Positions 39,004 to 47,503 of a stretch of 64,000 nucleotides of DNA are shown one piece after another. Source of the stretch: a virus (lineage: Duplodnaviria; Heunggongvirae; Uroviricota; Caudoviricetes); the IMG/VR virus record IMGVR_UViG_3300025392_000640, positions 37,214 through 101,213 of that record. One strand, 5' to 3'. A program made the position numbers and the translations under genes. Within the stretch, counting starts at the first letter, position 1; each line of letters begins with the position of its first letter. Under the pieces are notes generated by a model. That model saw only the letters and a list, made by a program, of their open reading frames with translations. It ran no database searches and was not told the origin of the DNA.

Positions 39004-40514
39004 TATTCTTTAATATATTTAAAAAATTCTTCGTTAGTCATATATTCTTTATGTATCTTACCATATTCCTTTTCCATTAGTTTAGAAAAATAATAAGCTT
39101 TATCCAATTTATCGGCGGTTATTAATTCACGTTCAATCATTTTTTTATCTTTGAGTAAACCTGCCATTTCTAATATATGACACCATATTCCCCACCCACT
39201 CATACCATGCCCATCTTTAAAATCCAACATATTTAATAATCTATGTTTTGATATTTCAATAAGTTCTTTATTATAATCAGTTATTACCATTTCATTTTTA
39301 ATAAATTTCCAAAATGTAGTATCATTTCTACCAGACAAATAGTGCATTTGTAAAAGGTCTCTGGTATCATCAATCATCTTATTTACACCTTCATTATATT
39401 TTCTTTTGCTAATTTCGCATTTTATAGATTCATTTGATTTTAAATAATGATTTATAAAATTAGTAATTCCTATTAAGGATATATGAATAGATGTAGCTTG
39501 TAATGGTTCTAAAAAATGAGAAGCTAATCCAAATGATACAACATTATTATACCAAGTATTTTCATATCTACCAGCTTCAAATTTAATTTCTCTAATTGAA
39601 TCTATTTCTTGTCCTAGTTTTCTTTCTACCTCATCTATTGCTTTGCTTTTTGTTTGAAATCCATCACAATAAACATATCCATTTCCATATCTTTCCTGCA
39701 AAGGTATTTTCCACATCCAACCGGCATTCATTGTTTCTGCTAAAGTTTCAAATCTAACATTCTTAGATGTTATTTCAGTTGAAAATGGTATAGCTGTATT
39801 TACAGGTAAATTTTCTTTATAAGAAATCCATTTATTTTTTGTCTTACCTATTAATATTCTATTAAATCCACTACAATCAAACCACATATCAGCAGAAAGA
39901 TTTTGACCATTTGATAATTTAATATTTTTTACATATTCATTTTCATCAAAGTTTACATCAGTAATTTCACTATCTATTACTTTAACTCCAAACTTTAAAC
40001 AAATATCCTTAAAATATTTACCAACTTCATGTCCGTCAAAATGATATGAATATGTATTATGTCCTAATGTAAGTGCACCAGTTTCTCCTCTTTTTGTTTT
40101 TTTAGAAAATGGTGTAATTTTATTTTCTAATAAATGATATTGTAAAGAAGCCATATCACCTCTACCATTTTTTAATATAGAACCAAAGAATGCTATATCA
40201 ATATGATTGTGGGATGTCATTGATGCATTTATGGGCGAGTATGTATATTTACCATCACCTTTCCAATTTTTTAATTTAATTCCCAATTTAATAGTTCCCT
40301 TAGTTTTTTTAAGCATATCAACTTCATCAACTAAATTTTCAGGCCATTCTTGATTTATAAACCAAGGGAAAGAACCTGTTGAACCTTCACCCGCTCCAAT
40401 GATACCATATTTAGAACTTTCAATAACTGTCACTTCATGCCCTACAGTTTCTTTTATCAAAGTTGCTGCAGCTATCCAACCTGCCGTTCCACCACCTACT
40501 ATAACAATTTTCAT
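39003..40514 (-). CDS. Flavin-dependent (tryptophan-type) halogenase family protein, second copy
   Basis: KIVIVGGGTAGWIAA FAD motif and AGWMWKIPL (WxWxIP). Confidence 0.8.
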   Translation of the reverse strand: MKIVIVGGGTAGWIAAATLIKETVGHEVTVIESSKYGIIGAGEGSTGSFPWFINQEWPENLVDEVDMLKKTKGTIKLGIKLKNWKGDGKYTYSPINASMTSHNHIDIAFFGSILKNGRGDMASLQYHLLENKITPFSKKTKRGETGALTLGHNTYSYHFDGHEVGKYFKDICLKFGVKVIDSEITDVNFDENEYVKNIKLSNGQNLSADMWFDCSGFNRILIGKTKNKWISYKENLPVNTAIPFSTEITSKNVRFETLAETMNAGWMWKIPLQERYGNGYVYCDGFQTKSKAIDEVERKLGQEIDSIREIKFEAGRYENTWYNNVVSFGLASHFLEPLQATSIHISLIGITNFINHYLKSNESIKCEISKRKYNEGVNKMIDDTRDLLQMHYLSGRNDTTFWKFIKNEMVITDYNKELIEISKHRLLNMLDFKDGHGMSGWGIWCHILEMAGLLKDKKMIERELITADKLDKAYYFSKLMEKEYGKIHKEYMTNEEFFKYIKE

Positions 40515-40520
40515 ATTGTA

Positions 40521-41201
40521 TTATTTTATTTGTTCTAATTGAAATACACCACCTTCTCCAGTTGCTTTATCATATCCATTATGATTTTTTGTATAGCTAA
40601 AATTATAAAATGGTTTGATTACTATTTCATTTTCTTCTAACCATTTTTTTAATGCCATTTCATTACCTTCGGATTCAAAAGGTCTGAATTTAATTGGATT
40701 ACTATAATAACCTTCCACAAATTCACTAATAACTTTTATTACATTCTTATCACAAATAAAAAATTGGTCATTAATCCTATCAGTACCTATCCAATCCTGT
40801 CCATCAAAGTATTTATCGGGGCAATGAAATGTATTTGGTTCTAATTGAGATAAAAAATATTCAGATATACTTTCATTATTAAAATTTAAATCACATCTAC
40901 TTTTTATATACCAAGCATAATCTTCTTCAATAGATTCTATTACACTTTTTAAATTCCAAAATTGCCAAAAACCAGATTGACCTGCTTCATTCTTTCTATG
41001 CTCATACCACTTTGTAGTTGTAATATCTATTGGTGGTGTTGTATATATTTTTTTGATTTTCCATTTACTATTTAACCAATCTGGTTTGTAATGTGTAAAA
41101 CAAGAAACATAGGTATCATAATCTCCTATGTTTTTTAAATGATTTGTTTTTATCTCATCATTACCTCTATATGGGCCGGCCAATAATATTGCTACTTTCA
41201 T
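40521..41201 (-). CDS. hypothetical protein in halogenase operon
   Basis: 226 aa; 6-nt gap to the upstream gene. Confidence 0.5.
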   Translation of the reverse strand: MKVAILLAGPYRGNDEIKTNHLKNIGDYDTYVSCFTHYKPDWLNSKWKIKKIYTTPPIDITTTKWYEHRKNEAGQSGFWQFWNLKSVIESIEEDYAWYIKSRCDLNFNNESISEYFLSQLEPNTFHCPDKYFDGQDWIGTDRINDQFFICDKNVIKVISEFVEGYYSNPIKFRPFESEGNEMALKKWLEENEIVIKPFYNFSYTKNHNGYDKATGEGGVFQLEQIK

Positions 41202-41917
41202 TACATTTTAGTTATACATCCACAATTATCAAAATAGTTTTCAATATATTTTCTATCACCACTACCTGCTTCTTTATAACTAGAAATAAATGGAGATAAT
41301 TCATTCACATCAATTACATCAAACCATTTTTGAAGATATGGATTTGATATCATTTTATCACATATAGAAAACATTTCAGCATTTGAAAGATTTTCTTTTT
41401 GTTGTACATACCCCCACCCCAATAAAACTTCAGGTGTATTCATTGGTCTAACATCGTTTAATAAATTTGAAAATGTTTTATTAAACATATCTTTTAAATT
41501 ATCAGTAGTACCAGCAATTATATGGTCTCCAATATGAAATGGATAATGATAATCAATTGGTCTAAAATACATAGAACTGCATATTAGTTTACTATCATCC
41601 AATTTTACTTTACCCAAATCACTCCAATATTCATCACCTCGTACTTTAATACTATATTTAGTTTCTACTAAATTCAATCCAGCCAATGAAGAAATTATTT
41701 GATATTCTAAATTTTGCATCCCATTTTTTCCAACAAAATCAGGAATTTCATTTTGATTTGATTTAACAATTTTCCAATTGGATGGAACTTCAAATGGTAT
41801 AACATATTCTTCCCAAGTTGAAATTATAACATTCCAATCGGAATAATTACTTAACCACATTTGTAGTTTATCATCTTCACATCTACCCTGTATAACAATT
41901 GTTAAATCAGAAATCAT
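41201..41917 (-). CDS. hypothetical protein in halogenase operon
   Basis: 238 aa; start and stop codons overlap its neighbours. Confidence 0.5.
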   Translation of the reverse strand: MISDLTIVIQGRCEDDKLQMWLSNYSDWNVIISTWEEYVIPFEVPSNWKIVKSNQNEIPDFVGKNGMQNLEYQIISSLAGLNLVETKYSIKVRGDEYWSDLGKVKLDDSKLICSSMYFRPIDYHYPFHIGDHIIAGTTDNLKDMFNKTFSNLLNDVRPMNTPEVLLGWGYVQQKENLSNAEMFSICDKMISNPYLQKWFDVIDVNELSPFISSYKEAGSGDRKYIENYFDNCGCITKM

Positions 41918-41918
41918 T

Positions 41919-42542
41919 TTATTTGTTTACAATCCAGAATCTTCTACTCCATTGATTGAATACTTTATTACCGGTATCAGTCCAATCGTAATGATGTTGA
42001 TATGCGTTTAACGAACCATCGGTAAACTTTTCATATTTAATTGGAAATTGCTTAAATATATCTTCAACGTGAGAAGTTGATGGAGTACCACCAATATCAG
42101 ATAAAGATTGGTCAACACCACTTTCATGTCTAAAATATATTTCAGAATCGTTACTATCATAAACCACAGTTTCAAAAAACATTAAATCACAATTATTAAT
42201 ACAATTAATTAAATGCTCTTTGTGAAAGTTTTCCAAATGATAATACAATCCAAAATTAATTATAATATCCCAATGTCCCCAATTCCAATCTGAAGAATCT
42301 AAGTTAAAACACTCAGCTGTTACTTGTGGATAGTTTTCTTTTATACCATTTACATTTTCTTGTCTACCCTCAACGCAATGTACCGTTGCACCTAATTCCG
42401 CAAAGTATGCAGCAATGTATCCGTTAAATCCACCCAATTCTAATATACGTTTTCCTTTGAAAAATTCAGCTGGGTATTTGGAAAGTATAAAATTTATCCT
42501 GTTCACTTGCCAATCAGGATGATAGGTTGTTTCTTTTATCAT
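41919..42542 (-). CDS. Class I SAM-dependent methyltransferase
   Basis: RILELGGFNGYIAAYFAELGATVHCVE (motif I). Confidence 0.7.
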   Translation of the reverse strand: MIKETTYHPDWQVNRINFILSKYPAEFFKGKRILELGGFNGYIAAYFAELGATVHCVEGRQENVNGIKENYPQVTAECFNLDSSDWNWGHWDIIINFGLYYHLENFHKEHLINCINNCDLMFFETVVYDSNDSEIYFRHESGVDQSLSDIGGTPSTSHVEDIFKQFPIKYEKFTDGSLNAYQHHYDWTDTGNKVFNQWSRRFWIVNK

Positions 42543-42569
42543 AAATTGTTTTTTAATAAGTATTTAGTA

Positions 42570-43112
42570 TTATATTTTTACTATCCAGCTACCATCTTTA
42601 AATGTAGCATCAACTTTGTCATCAAATATAATTCCTAAGTTGTGTCTAATATTACCCCAACCATAATCATGCCCACATACAAATCCACCGGGTTTAATTA
42701 TAGTTTTATAATGAGTCATATCATAGTGGACTCCTTCTAATGTATGAGAACCATCTATATAAACAACATCCCATTGTTGCTCTTTCAAAATAGAAAAGGC
42801 GTTTTGGGATGTATCTCTTATTGATTTTATATTAGGAATTGATAGTGTATTCTTTAGGAATTGCTGATACACTTTATCGAATGGTGCATATGAACAAGCT
42901 AAATCATTCGGGTCATAATCATTTACATATGGGTCTATCGATATCACTTCTTTAAAGTTATCCGCAAACATTAATGTACTTTCACCAACATAGCTTCCAA
43001 TTTCAATCATACTCATTTCCGAAGTTGGACGGATATTATTAATCCATTCAATCATTTGTTCTAAACCTTCTCTTTGTTCAGAACCACGCATTTCATAAAA
43101 TTGGTCTTTCAT
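42570..43112 (-). CDS. Class I SAM-dependent methyltransferase (TylF/O-MT-like)
   Basis: MIEIGSYVGESTLMFA and DGSHTLEGV. Confidence 0.7.
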   Translation of the reverse strand: MKDQFYEMRGSEQREGLEQMIEWINNIRPTSEMSMIEIGSYVGESTLMFADNFKEVISIDPYVNDYDPNDLACSYAPFDKVYQQFLKNTLSIPNIKSIRDTSQNAFSILKEQQWDVVYIDGSHTLEGVHYDMTHYKTIIKPGGFVCGHDYGWGNIRHNLGIIFDDKVDATFKDGSWIVKI

Positions 43113-43113
43113 A

Positions 43114-43602
43114 CTATAACTTAACTAAATGGTCAGCCGCATAAGTTGCGATTGGACCTAATGATTTATATCTTACTTCATATCCCATACCTTCTACCAA
43201 ACCAACTGCTTGCCTAAACACTTCATTTGATTTATACTTTGGGTCTGGATTAATATCAATATCAATCCATCTTGGTTTTGGAATACCAGCTTCTTTTAAA
43301 AATTCTGCGGTTTCAATAGCGTACCATATTTCATTTAATAAACGAACTGAACGAGTGTATTCTCTTTCGGTTTTCCATCTTCTATATAAAACATGCGCAC
43401 CTTTCCCCTTACGATACAAAGCAACTACTACCGCATAGGTTGTTTTATCCGAATGATTTTGCGAATCACATCCAATTAGGATTTCAACATTGTGGTTTTC
43501 ATTTTCTTCCATGTACTTTTGGACATAAGGAACTAATTCTAATTCCTCTTTGTCATACAATCTTTTGTATTTCATAATAAGGGTTTTGTTGTTGTACCCC
43601 AA
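43114..43602 (-). CDS. YkuK/DUF458-like RNase H-fold protein
   Basis: ILIGCDSQNHSDKTTYAVVVALYRKGKGAH resembles the YkuK family core. Confidence 0.45.
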   Translation of the reverse strand: MGYNNKTLIMKYKRLYDKEELELVPYVQKYMEENENHNVEILIGCDSQNHSDKTTYAVVVALYRKGKGAHVLYRRWKTEREYTRSVRLLNEIWYAIETAEFLKEAGIPKPRWIDIDINPDPKYKSNEVFRQAVGLVEGMGYEVRYKSLGPIATYAADHLVKL

Positions 43603-43675
43603 AAGAGACTCGAACTCTTACATCTTACGATACCGGCTTCTAAGACCGGTGTGGCTACCATTACACCATCGGGGC
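43595..43675 (-). tRNA. tRNA-Leu (anticodon UAG)
   Basis: Hand-folded: acceptor GCCCCGA/TTGGGGT, anticodon loop CTTAGAA, long variable arm, T-loop GTTCGAGTC. Confidence 0.7.
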
Positions 43676-43690
43676 TATTTAAAAGAACTA

Positions 43691-43770
43691 CTGCTGTTAG
43701 AGCAGGATTCGAACCATGCAAAGGGAGATTCGGAAAGTAACACAATGCTTGCAAGCTGGTGGTCAACCCC
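43691..43770 (-). ncRNA. tRNA-like element with canonical GGTTCGAATCC T-loop motif but no foldable cloverleaf (pseudo-tRNA?)
   Basis: ggattcgaacc at 43706-43716; 3' hairpin CTGCTCTAACAGCAG plus U-rich tail; no acceptor pairing found. Confidence 0.3.
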
Positions 43771-43844
43771 ATATTACTTTTCTATTTCTTAATCCCTGCC
43801 CACGAGACGAGTGGGTGTGTTTGCCGAAGTCATAACTGAGATGA

Positions 43845-44069
43845 CTAATTTTCACCATCTAACAATTTATTATCTTTATTAATGTTAAATGTTGCATTAT
43901 GAAAGATTCTGATTTGGTCACTACGATAGTGCCTAACTATACCACCTTCACACAATACAACACACCAAATATCATTTTCCAACATCCCACTATCGGTAAC
44001 ATAAATAGCGTAACCATCTTTGTTACCCTCAACTACAACGGGTATTGGCTTTTGAAATTCTAACATCAT
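43845..44069 (-). CDS. hypothetical protein embedded in tRNA region
   Basis: 74-aa ORF. Confidence 0.4.
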   Translation of the reverse strand: MMLEFQKPIPVVVEGNKDGYAIYVTDSGMLENDIWCVVLCEGGIVRHYRSDQIRIFHNATFNINKDNKLLDGEN

Positions 44070-44082
44070 AATAGATAATTTG

Positions 44083-44170
44083 CGGAGAGTCAGGGATTCG
44101 AACCCCAGATACCGTTTCCAGTATGACGGTTTTCAAGACCGTTCCATTCAACCACTCTGGCAACTCTCCG
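44083..44170 (-). tRNA. tRNA-Ser (UGA)
   Basis: Acceptor GGAGAGT/ACTCTCC, anticodon loop CTTGAAA, long variable arm, T-loop GGTTCGAATCC. Confidence 0.8.
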
Positions 44171-44178
44171 TTTTTATA

Positions 44179-44436
44179 CTAATAGATATTATCTTCCTTA
44201 GAAATCCTAAAATCTATACTACTTTGCCTTCTTCTAGCTTCTTCTGCTTCTTTAACCCATCTAATCCAAGTTAAAGCAACATCAATAGGTGCTAAAATCC
44301 AAGCCATAACAATAACCATAATAGTATCTAACTCTGGTGATTGTGAAGTTACACTACCATCATATCTTTTATTCAAATTTTTAAATAGCTGATAAAAACA
44401 ATAGATAACACAAATAATGTAATAACCAATAAACAT
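44179..44436 (-). CDS. small membrane protein
   Basis: Track ORF 44179..44460 trimmed to the internal Met so the start lies downstream of the promoter. Confidence 0.4.
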   Translation of the reverse strand: MFIGYYIICVIYCFYQLFKNLNKRYDGSVTSQSPELDTIMVIVMAWILAPIDVALTWIRWVKEAEEARRRQSSIDFRISKEDNIY

Positions 44437-44456
44437 AACTTTCTTTTTTAATTTTA

Positions 44457-44490
44457 TCAAAGATACGATAATATTTTCACATTACCAAAT
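44457..44490 (-). promoter_or_regulatory. Bacteroidetes-type promoter
   Basis: caaagatacgataatattttcacattaccaaat. Confidence 0.55.
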
Positions 44491-44497
44491 CTTTTTG

Positions 44498-44568
44498 TTC
44501 CCCCTCAAGGATTCGAACCTCAACTATATGGACCAAAACCACATGTACTACCGTTATACTAAAGGGGA
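44498..44568 (-). tRNA. tRNA-Gln (UUG)
   Basis: U1-A72 acceptor TCCCCTT/AGGGGGA, anticodon loop TTTTGGT. Confidence 0.8.
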
Positions 44569-44709
44569 GTGTCTCAAGCATTCTACTTCCCGCAGTGCGA
44601 AATTGTATCTTACTTAGCCCATCGCTAGCGGTATGGGTACTTGAGTGTGTGAATGAAAAACATCTATTCTTCTTGCGGCCTGTTCACAATGGCCCACTTA
44701 TCTTTATCG

Positions 44710-44782
44710 AGCAGCGAAAGAGATTCGAACTCTCTCGTCCAGCTTGGAAGGCTGGCGTGCTACCATTGAACACCACCGCTGC
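44710..44782 (-). tRNA. tRNA-Gly (UCC)
   Basis: Acceptor GCAGCGG/TCGCTGC, anticodon loop CTTCCAA. Confidence 0.8.
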
Positions 44783-44890
44783 TTTTGTGTAGGTTTTTCT
44801 TTCACATTTAGCCCAAACACCAGTGAATCAATGTTTGGATTTTGAACCGAGTGCCCAATAAGGGGCTTTACAACCTACAAACTCTGTCAG

Positions 44891-44963
44891 AGCGGAAGAC
44901 CAGGCTCGAACTGGCCACCTATGCCTTGGCAAGGCATCGCTCTACCGAATGAGCTACTTCCGC
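44891..44963 (-). tRNA. tRNA-Gly (GCC)
   Basis: Acceptor GCGGAAG/CTTCCGC, anticodon loop TTGCCAA. Confidence 0.85.
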
Positions 44964-44971
44964 AATTTTTG

Positions 44972-45045
44972 TGGGAAAGACTGGGTTCGAACCAGTGACC
45001 TCAAAATTATGAGTTTTTTGCTCTAACCAACTGAGCTACATTCCC
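44972..45045 (-). tRNA. tRNA with CAU anticodon (elongator Met or Ile2/lysidine)
   Basis: Acceptor GGGAATG/CTTTCCC with one U-U mismatch, anticodon loop CTCATAA, all-AU anticodon stem. Confidence 0.7.
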
Positions 45046-45162
45046 AATAAAGATTATATTCATTCTGCCGTTAGTAGTCTATTTACCATTAACTACCACG
45101 TGTATCTAGTCAGACTTCTTTGGGGTTGGTATCGTTCCCTTCATATAATCTTTAAATAAGGT

Positions 45163-45252
45163 GCCGGTGGTGAGATTGGTTACTCACACGAAGTCCCTTT
45201 CGGATGAATCGCCCTTTCTAGTTCGGATGCGTCTAAATTCCGCCACACCGGC
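45163..45252 (-). ncRNA. tRNA-like structured element (perfect 7-bp terminal helix GCCGGTG/CACCGGC, non-canonical T-loop TAACCAAT)
   Basis: Hand fold: terminal helix, D-like hairpin GCG-GAATTTAGA-CGC, hairpin CGAAAGGGACTTCG, T-like stem GTGAG/CTCAC; no standard anticodon arm. Confidence 0.3.
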
Positions 45253-45269
45253 ATATATCTTTTAATCTT

Positions 45270-45569
45270 TTAATCTTTTAATTCATTAATAAGACTATCT
45301 ATCATATCATCACCTAAAGAAATTTGATGTAGGTTTTTTATTTTTAAATAGTTTTCTAAATACATTGATGCGGTTACTAACTTGTCACCTTTTTGTATCT
45401 CTATTTTAATAATACCGCTTGTGTTTGTTGTTTCGGATGGTGTGATTTTTTTAGTCAAACTTTCAATTTTTTCGGCTATCGTATCCAAATCATTTTTATC
45501 TATTTCAACAGTATTAACATCATCTCCATATCCATAATCTATGAGTATGTTTTTAATTTTTTCTTTCAT
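45270..45569 (-). CDS. hypothetical protein
   Basis: Track ORF 45270..45608 overlaps tRNA-Ala; start moved to the internal Met (MKEKIKN). Confidence 0.4.
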   Translation of the reverse strand: MKEKIKNILIDYGYGDDVNTVEIDKNDLDTIAEKIESLTKKITPSETTNTSGIIKIEIQKGDKLVTASMYLENYLKIKNLHQISLGDDMIDSLINELKD

Positions 45570-45584
45570 AACTTTTTGTTTAGT

Positions 45585-45657
45585 GGAGAATGAGGGAGTC
45601 GAACCCACGACCTTCTGAATGCAAATCAGACGCTCTAGCCAACTGAGCTAATTCCCC
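45585..45657 (-). tRNA. tRNA-Ala (UGC)
   Basis: Acceptor GGGGAAT (G3-U70 wobble present), anticodon loop TTTGCAT. Confidence 0.8.
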
Positions 45658-45667
45658 ATATTTATCG

Positions 45668-45753
45668 TGCCTCAAGTGGGAGTCGAACCCACACGAACTT
45701 TTCGGTTCACAGGATTTTAAGTCCTGCGTGGCTACCAATTACACCATCGAGGC
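45668..45753 (-). tRNA. tRNA-Leu (UAA)
   Basis: Acceptor GCCTCGA/TTGAGGC, anticodon loop CTTAAAA, long variable arm. Confidence 0.8.
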
Positions 45754-45759
45754 AGTTTG

Positions 45760-45831
45760 TAGTCCGGCGTGGAATCGAACCACGAACCAAATCTTAGAAG
45801 GATTTTGTTATATCCATTTAACTACCAGACC
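45760..45831 (-). tRNA. tRNA-Arg (UCU)
   Basis: Anticodon loop CTTCTAA, T-arm CGTGG-TTCGATT-CCACG. Confidence 0.8.
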
Positions 45832-46027
45832 AAAAAATAGATGAGAGGGTTATTACGTCTAATAACTCCAAAGTTTCTACCGGCCGTTTATGGAATATGC
45901 GCACTGACCATAAACTAAGCTTTCGTCTGCATCTCATCTCAAAAAACATCAAATGGGATTCCAACCCATACTTTCGGGCAATTACTCCCGATGTGCTAAC
46001 GTCAGTTACACTATTGATATTTTTATG

Positions 46028-46101
46028 CGGAACGTAGGGAACTCGAATCCCTGACCTCTACAGTGACAGTGTAGCATTCTAACCAACTGAACTAACGCTC
46101 C
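46028..46101 (-). tRNA. tRNA-Asp (GUC)
   Basis: Acceptor GGAGCGT/ACGTTCC, anticodon loop CTGTCAC. Confidence 0.8.
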
Positions 46102-46176
46102 GTAATTACTAATTCATCTTTATTTGCACCACCACGTCATGCGTAGGTTGACATATACCTCAATGAATTAGTTCTG

Positions 46177-46250
46177 AGCCTAAGGTGAGATTCGAACTCA
46201 CGACTCCGAAATTACAAATTTCGTACTCTGGCCAACTGAGTTACTCAGGC
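46177..46250 (-). tRNA. tRNA-Thr (UGU)
   Basis: Acceptor GCCTGAG/CTTAGGC, anticodon loop TTTGTAA. Confidence 0.8.
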
Positions 46251-46258
46251 TTATATTG

Positions 46259-46330
46259 TAGTCCCGAGCGGAATCGAACCGCCCTTTTCAGGATGAAAAC
46301 CTAACGTCCTAACCGATAGACGACGGGACC
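46259..46330 (-). tRNA. tRNA-Glu (UUC)
   Basis: Anticodon loop TTTTCAT, T-arm GGCGG-TTCGATT-CCGCT. Confidence 0.8.
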
Positions 46331-46350
46331 ATATTATTTAAAAGAACATT

Positions 46351-46384
46351 ACAAATATACGATAATTTTTTCAAACTACCAAAT
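46351..46384 (-). promoter_or_regulatory. Bacteroidetes-type promoter immediately upstream of tRNA-Glu and the downstream tRNA block
   Basis: acaaatatacgataattttttcaaactaccaaat. Confidence 0.55.
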
Positions 46385-46393
46385 TTGTTTTTG

Positions 46394-46482
46394 CGGAGAG
46401 CGGAGTATTCGAAACTCGCCCAACTTAATGGGTTCTCGTTTAGCAAACGAGCGGGGAACACCTTTGCCCTCCTTCACTCTCC
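46394..46482 (-). tRNA. tRNA-Ser (GCU)
   Basis: Acceptor GGAGAGT/GCTCTCC, anticodon loop TTGCTAA, long variable arm. Confidence 0.75.
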
Positions 46483-46484
46483 AA

Positions 46485-46559
46485 TGGTGTGACCGAAGAG
46501 AATCGAACTCTTACATAAAGTGCCACAAACTTTCGCCCTACCATTAGGCTACGGCCACC
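46485..46559 (-). tRNA. tRNA-His (GUG) with encoded G-1 and 3' CCA
   Basis: GGTGGCCG... 5' end (extra G-1), anticodon loop TTGTGGC, 3' ...CGGTCACACCA. Confidence 0.8.
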
Positions 46560-46565
46560 ATGTTG

Positions 46566-46640
46566 TAGCGTGAACAAGATTCGAACTTGTGTCTGAGCCT
46601 TATGAGAGCTCCGTAAGAAAACCAACTCTACCATCACGCT
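46566..46640 (-). tRNA. tRNA with CAU anticodon (Met/Ile2), second copy
   Basis: A1-U72 acceptor AGCGTGA/TCACGCT, anticodon loop CTCATAA. Confidence 0.75.
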
Positions 46641-46707
46641 ATTTGTGGAATTGAACCACCTTCCCAGCTTAATGCCGGGCGATACATCCAGTATCCTTCA
46701 CCGGTTG
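46641..46707 (-). ncRNA. Truncated tRNA-like fragment (T-arm plus anticodon-like hairpin, no 3' acceptor strand)
   Basis: GGTGGTTCAATTCCAC T-arm abuts the 5' end of the adjacent tRNA; hairpin CCCGG-CATTAAG-CTGGG. Confidence 0.3.
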
Positions 46708-46778
46708 AGGCGTGTATTGGAATCGAACCAATCTAAAAGGATTTGCAGTCCTCCACCTAGCCACTCGGACAACTCGCC
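46708..46778 (-). tRNA. tRNA-Cys (GCA)
   Basis: Acceptor GGCGAGT (one A-A mismatch), anticodon arm GAGGA-CTGCAAA-TCCTT, T-arm ATTGG-TTCGATT-CCAAT; overall similar to bacterial tRNA-Cys. Confidence 0.65.
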
Positions 46779-47321
46779 TTATCGGTTTAGTTTATTAATA
46801 CATTCATCTATCTTATCTCTCAATCTTCCGCCACGTCCAAAATCACCATCAACTTGTACATGCCTCCACATTGGAATACGATGTTTCATCCATTTGAACT
46901 CTGCACTCAATTTCATATCATCAATTGCAATCCAGTTACTAATCTTATTATCCTTAACCCATTTTACAATCTGATGTGCTCTCTCAAACTCTAAGGATGG
47001 ATTACTCATCTTATTCCAAATTCCCAGCTTTCTACTACTCATATGTGTTGTGATATCAATCAATGGAGCATGAATACCAAACTCAATAAATGTATCACTC
47101 ATTTGCCTAAGAGTAAAGTGCAACTTCCAATCTGATGATAATACTAATTCTGCATTAGTCTTGTCACAAATTTCTTGCAATGCTTCACAATCCTCTTTTA
47201 CTAATGGGTAAGGTATTGTAAACTCATTCATAGTATTTTCGTTTATCTTCACTTTACCATCATCCCATGTTGCCCAAGCTAATGGCCCATCAACATCAAT
47301 AAAAATAATTTTCTTTCTCAT
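46779..47321 (-). CDS. HAD-superfamily phosphatase-like protein (embedded in tRNA cluster)
   Basis: N-terminal IIFIDVDGPL (HAD motif I) and WIAIDD (motif IV-like). Confidence 0.55.
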   Translation of the reverse strand: MRKKIIFIDVDGPLAWATWDDGKVKINENTMNEFTIPYPLVKEDCEALQEICDKTNAELVLSSDWKLHFTLRQMSDTFIEFGIHAPLIDITTHMSSRKLGIWNKMSNPSLEFERAHQIVKWVKDNKISNWIAIDDMKLSAEFKWMKHRIPMWRHVQVDGDFGRGGRLRDKIDECINKLNR

Positions 47322-47347
47322 AACTTTAATTTTTAATTTTTTAATTG

Positions 47348-47421
47348 TACTCTCTAAGAGACTCGAACTCCTAACCCCTTCGTCCGTAGCGAAGTGCTCT
47401 AATCCATTGAGCTAAGAGAGC
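47348..47421 (-). tRNA. tRNA-Arg (ACG)
   Basis: Anticodon arm CTTCG-CTACGGA-CGAAG. Confidence 0.8.
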
Positions 47422-47427
47422 TATTTG

Positions 47428-47496
47428 CACGCAGTGAAGGAATCGAACCCTCTCGTAAAGATTTGGAGTCTTTTTAGCTACCATAGCCTACCACGT
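47428..47496 (-). tRNA. tRNA-Trp (CCA)
   Basis: A1-U72 acceptor ACGTGGT, anticodon arm AAAGA-CTCCAAA-TCTTT; short D region. Confidence 0.65.
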
Positions 47497-47503
47497 ATGT
47501 TTG

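Noticed and set aside
43691-43790. tmRNA hypothesis for the element starting GGGGTTGACC (resembles a tmRNA 5' end) with a GGTTCGAATCC box
   Set aside because: No complementary 3' acceptor strand and no room for a roughly 350-nt tmRNA body, because tRNA-Leu and a protein gene lie immediately downstream. No tag-peptide reading frame was found. Kept only as a tRNA-like element.
44569-44660. tRNA candidate between tRNA-Gln and tRNA-Gly (terminal pairing CTCAAGT/GCTTGAG and a D-like hairpin CCCAT...ATGGG)
   Set aside because: No T-arm or anticodon arm can be formed. Could be a processed spacer or small hairpin RNA, so not called as tRNA.
44783-44890. tRNA candidate with GGTTCAAAATCC box and hairpin GCCC-CTTATTG-GGGC (would give anticodon UAU)
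   Set aside because: I could not obtain a consistent acceptor or T-stem pairing by hand. Left uncalled pending a covariance-model scan.
46641-46707. Possible ochre-suppressor tRNA (anticodon UUA) read from the CATTAAG loop
   Set aside because: The element lacks a 3' acceptor strand (it runs straight into the next tRNA), has A rather than U at position 33, and the phage ORFs are long and intact under the standard code. Most likely a truncated pseudo-tRNA.
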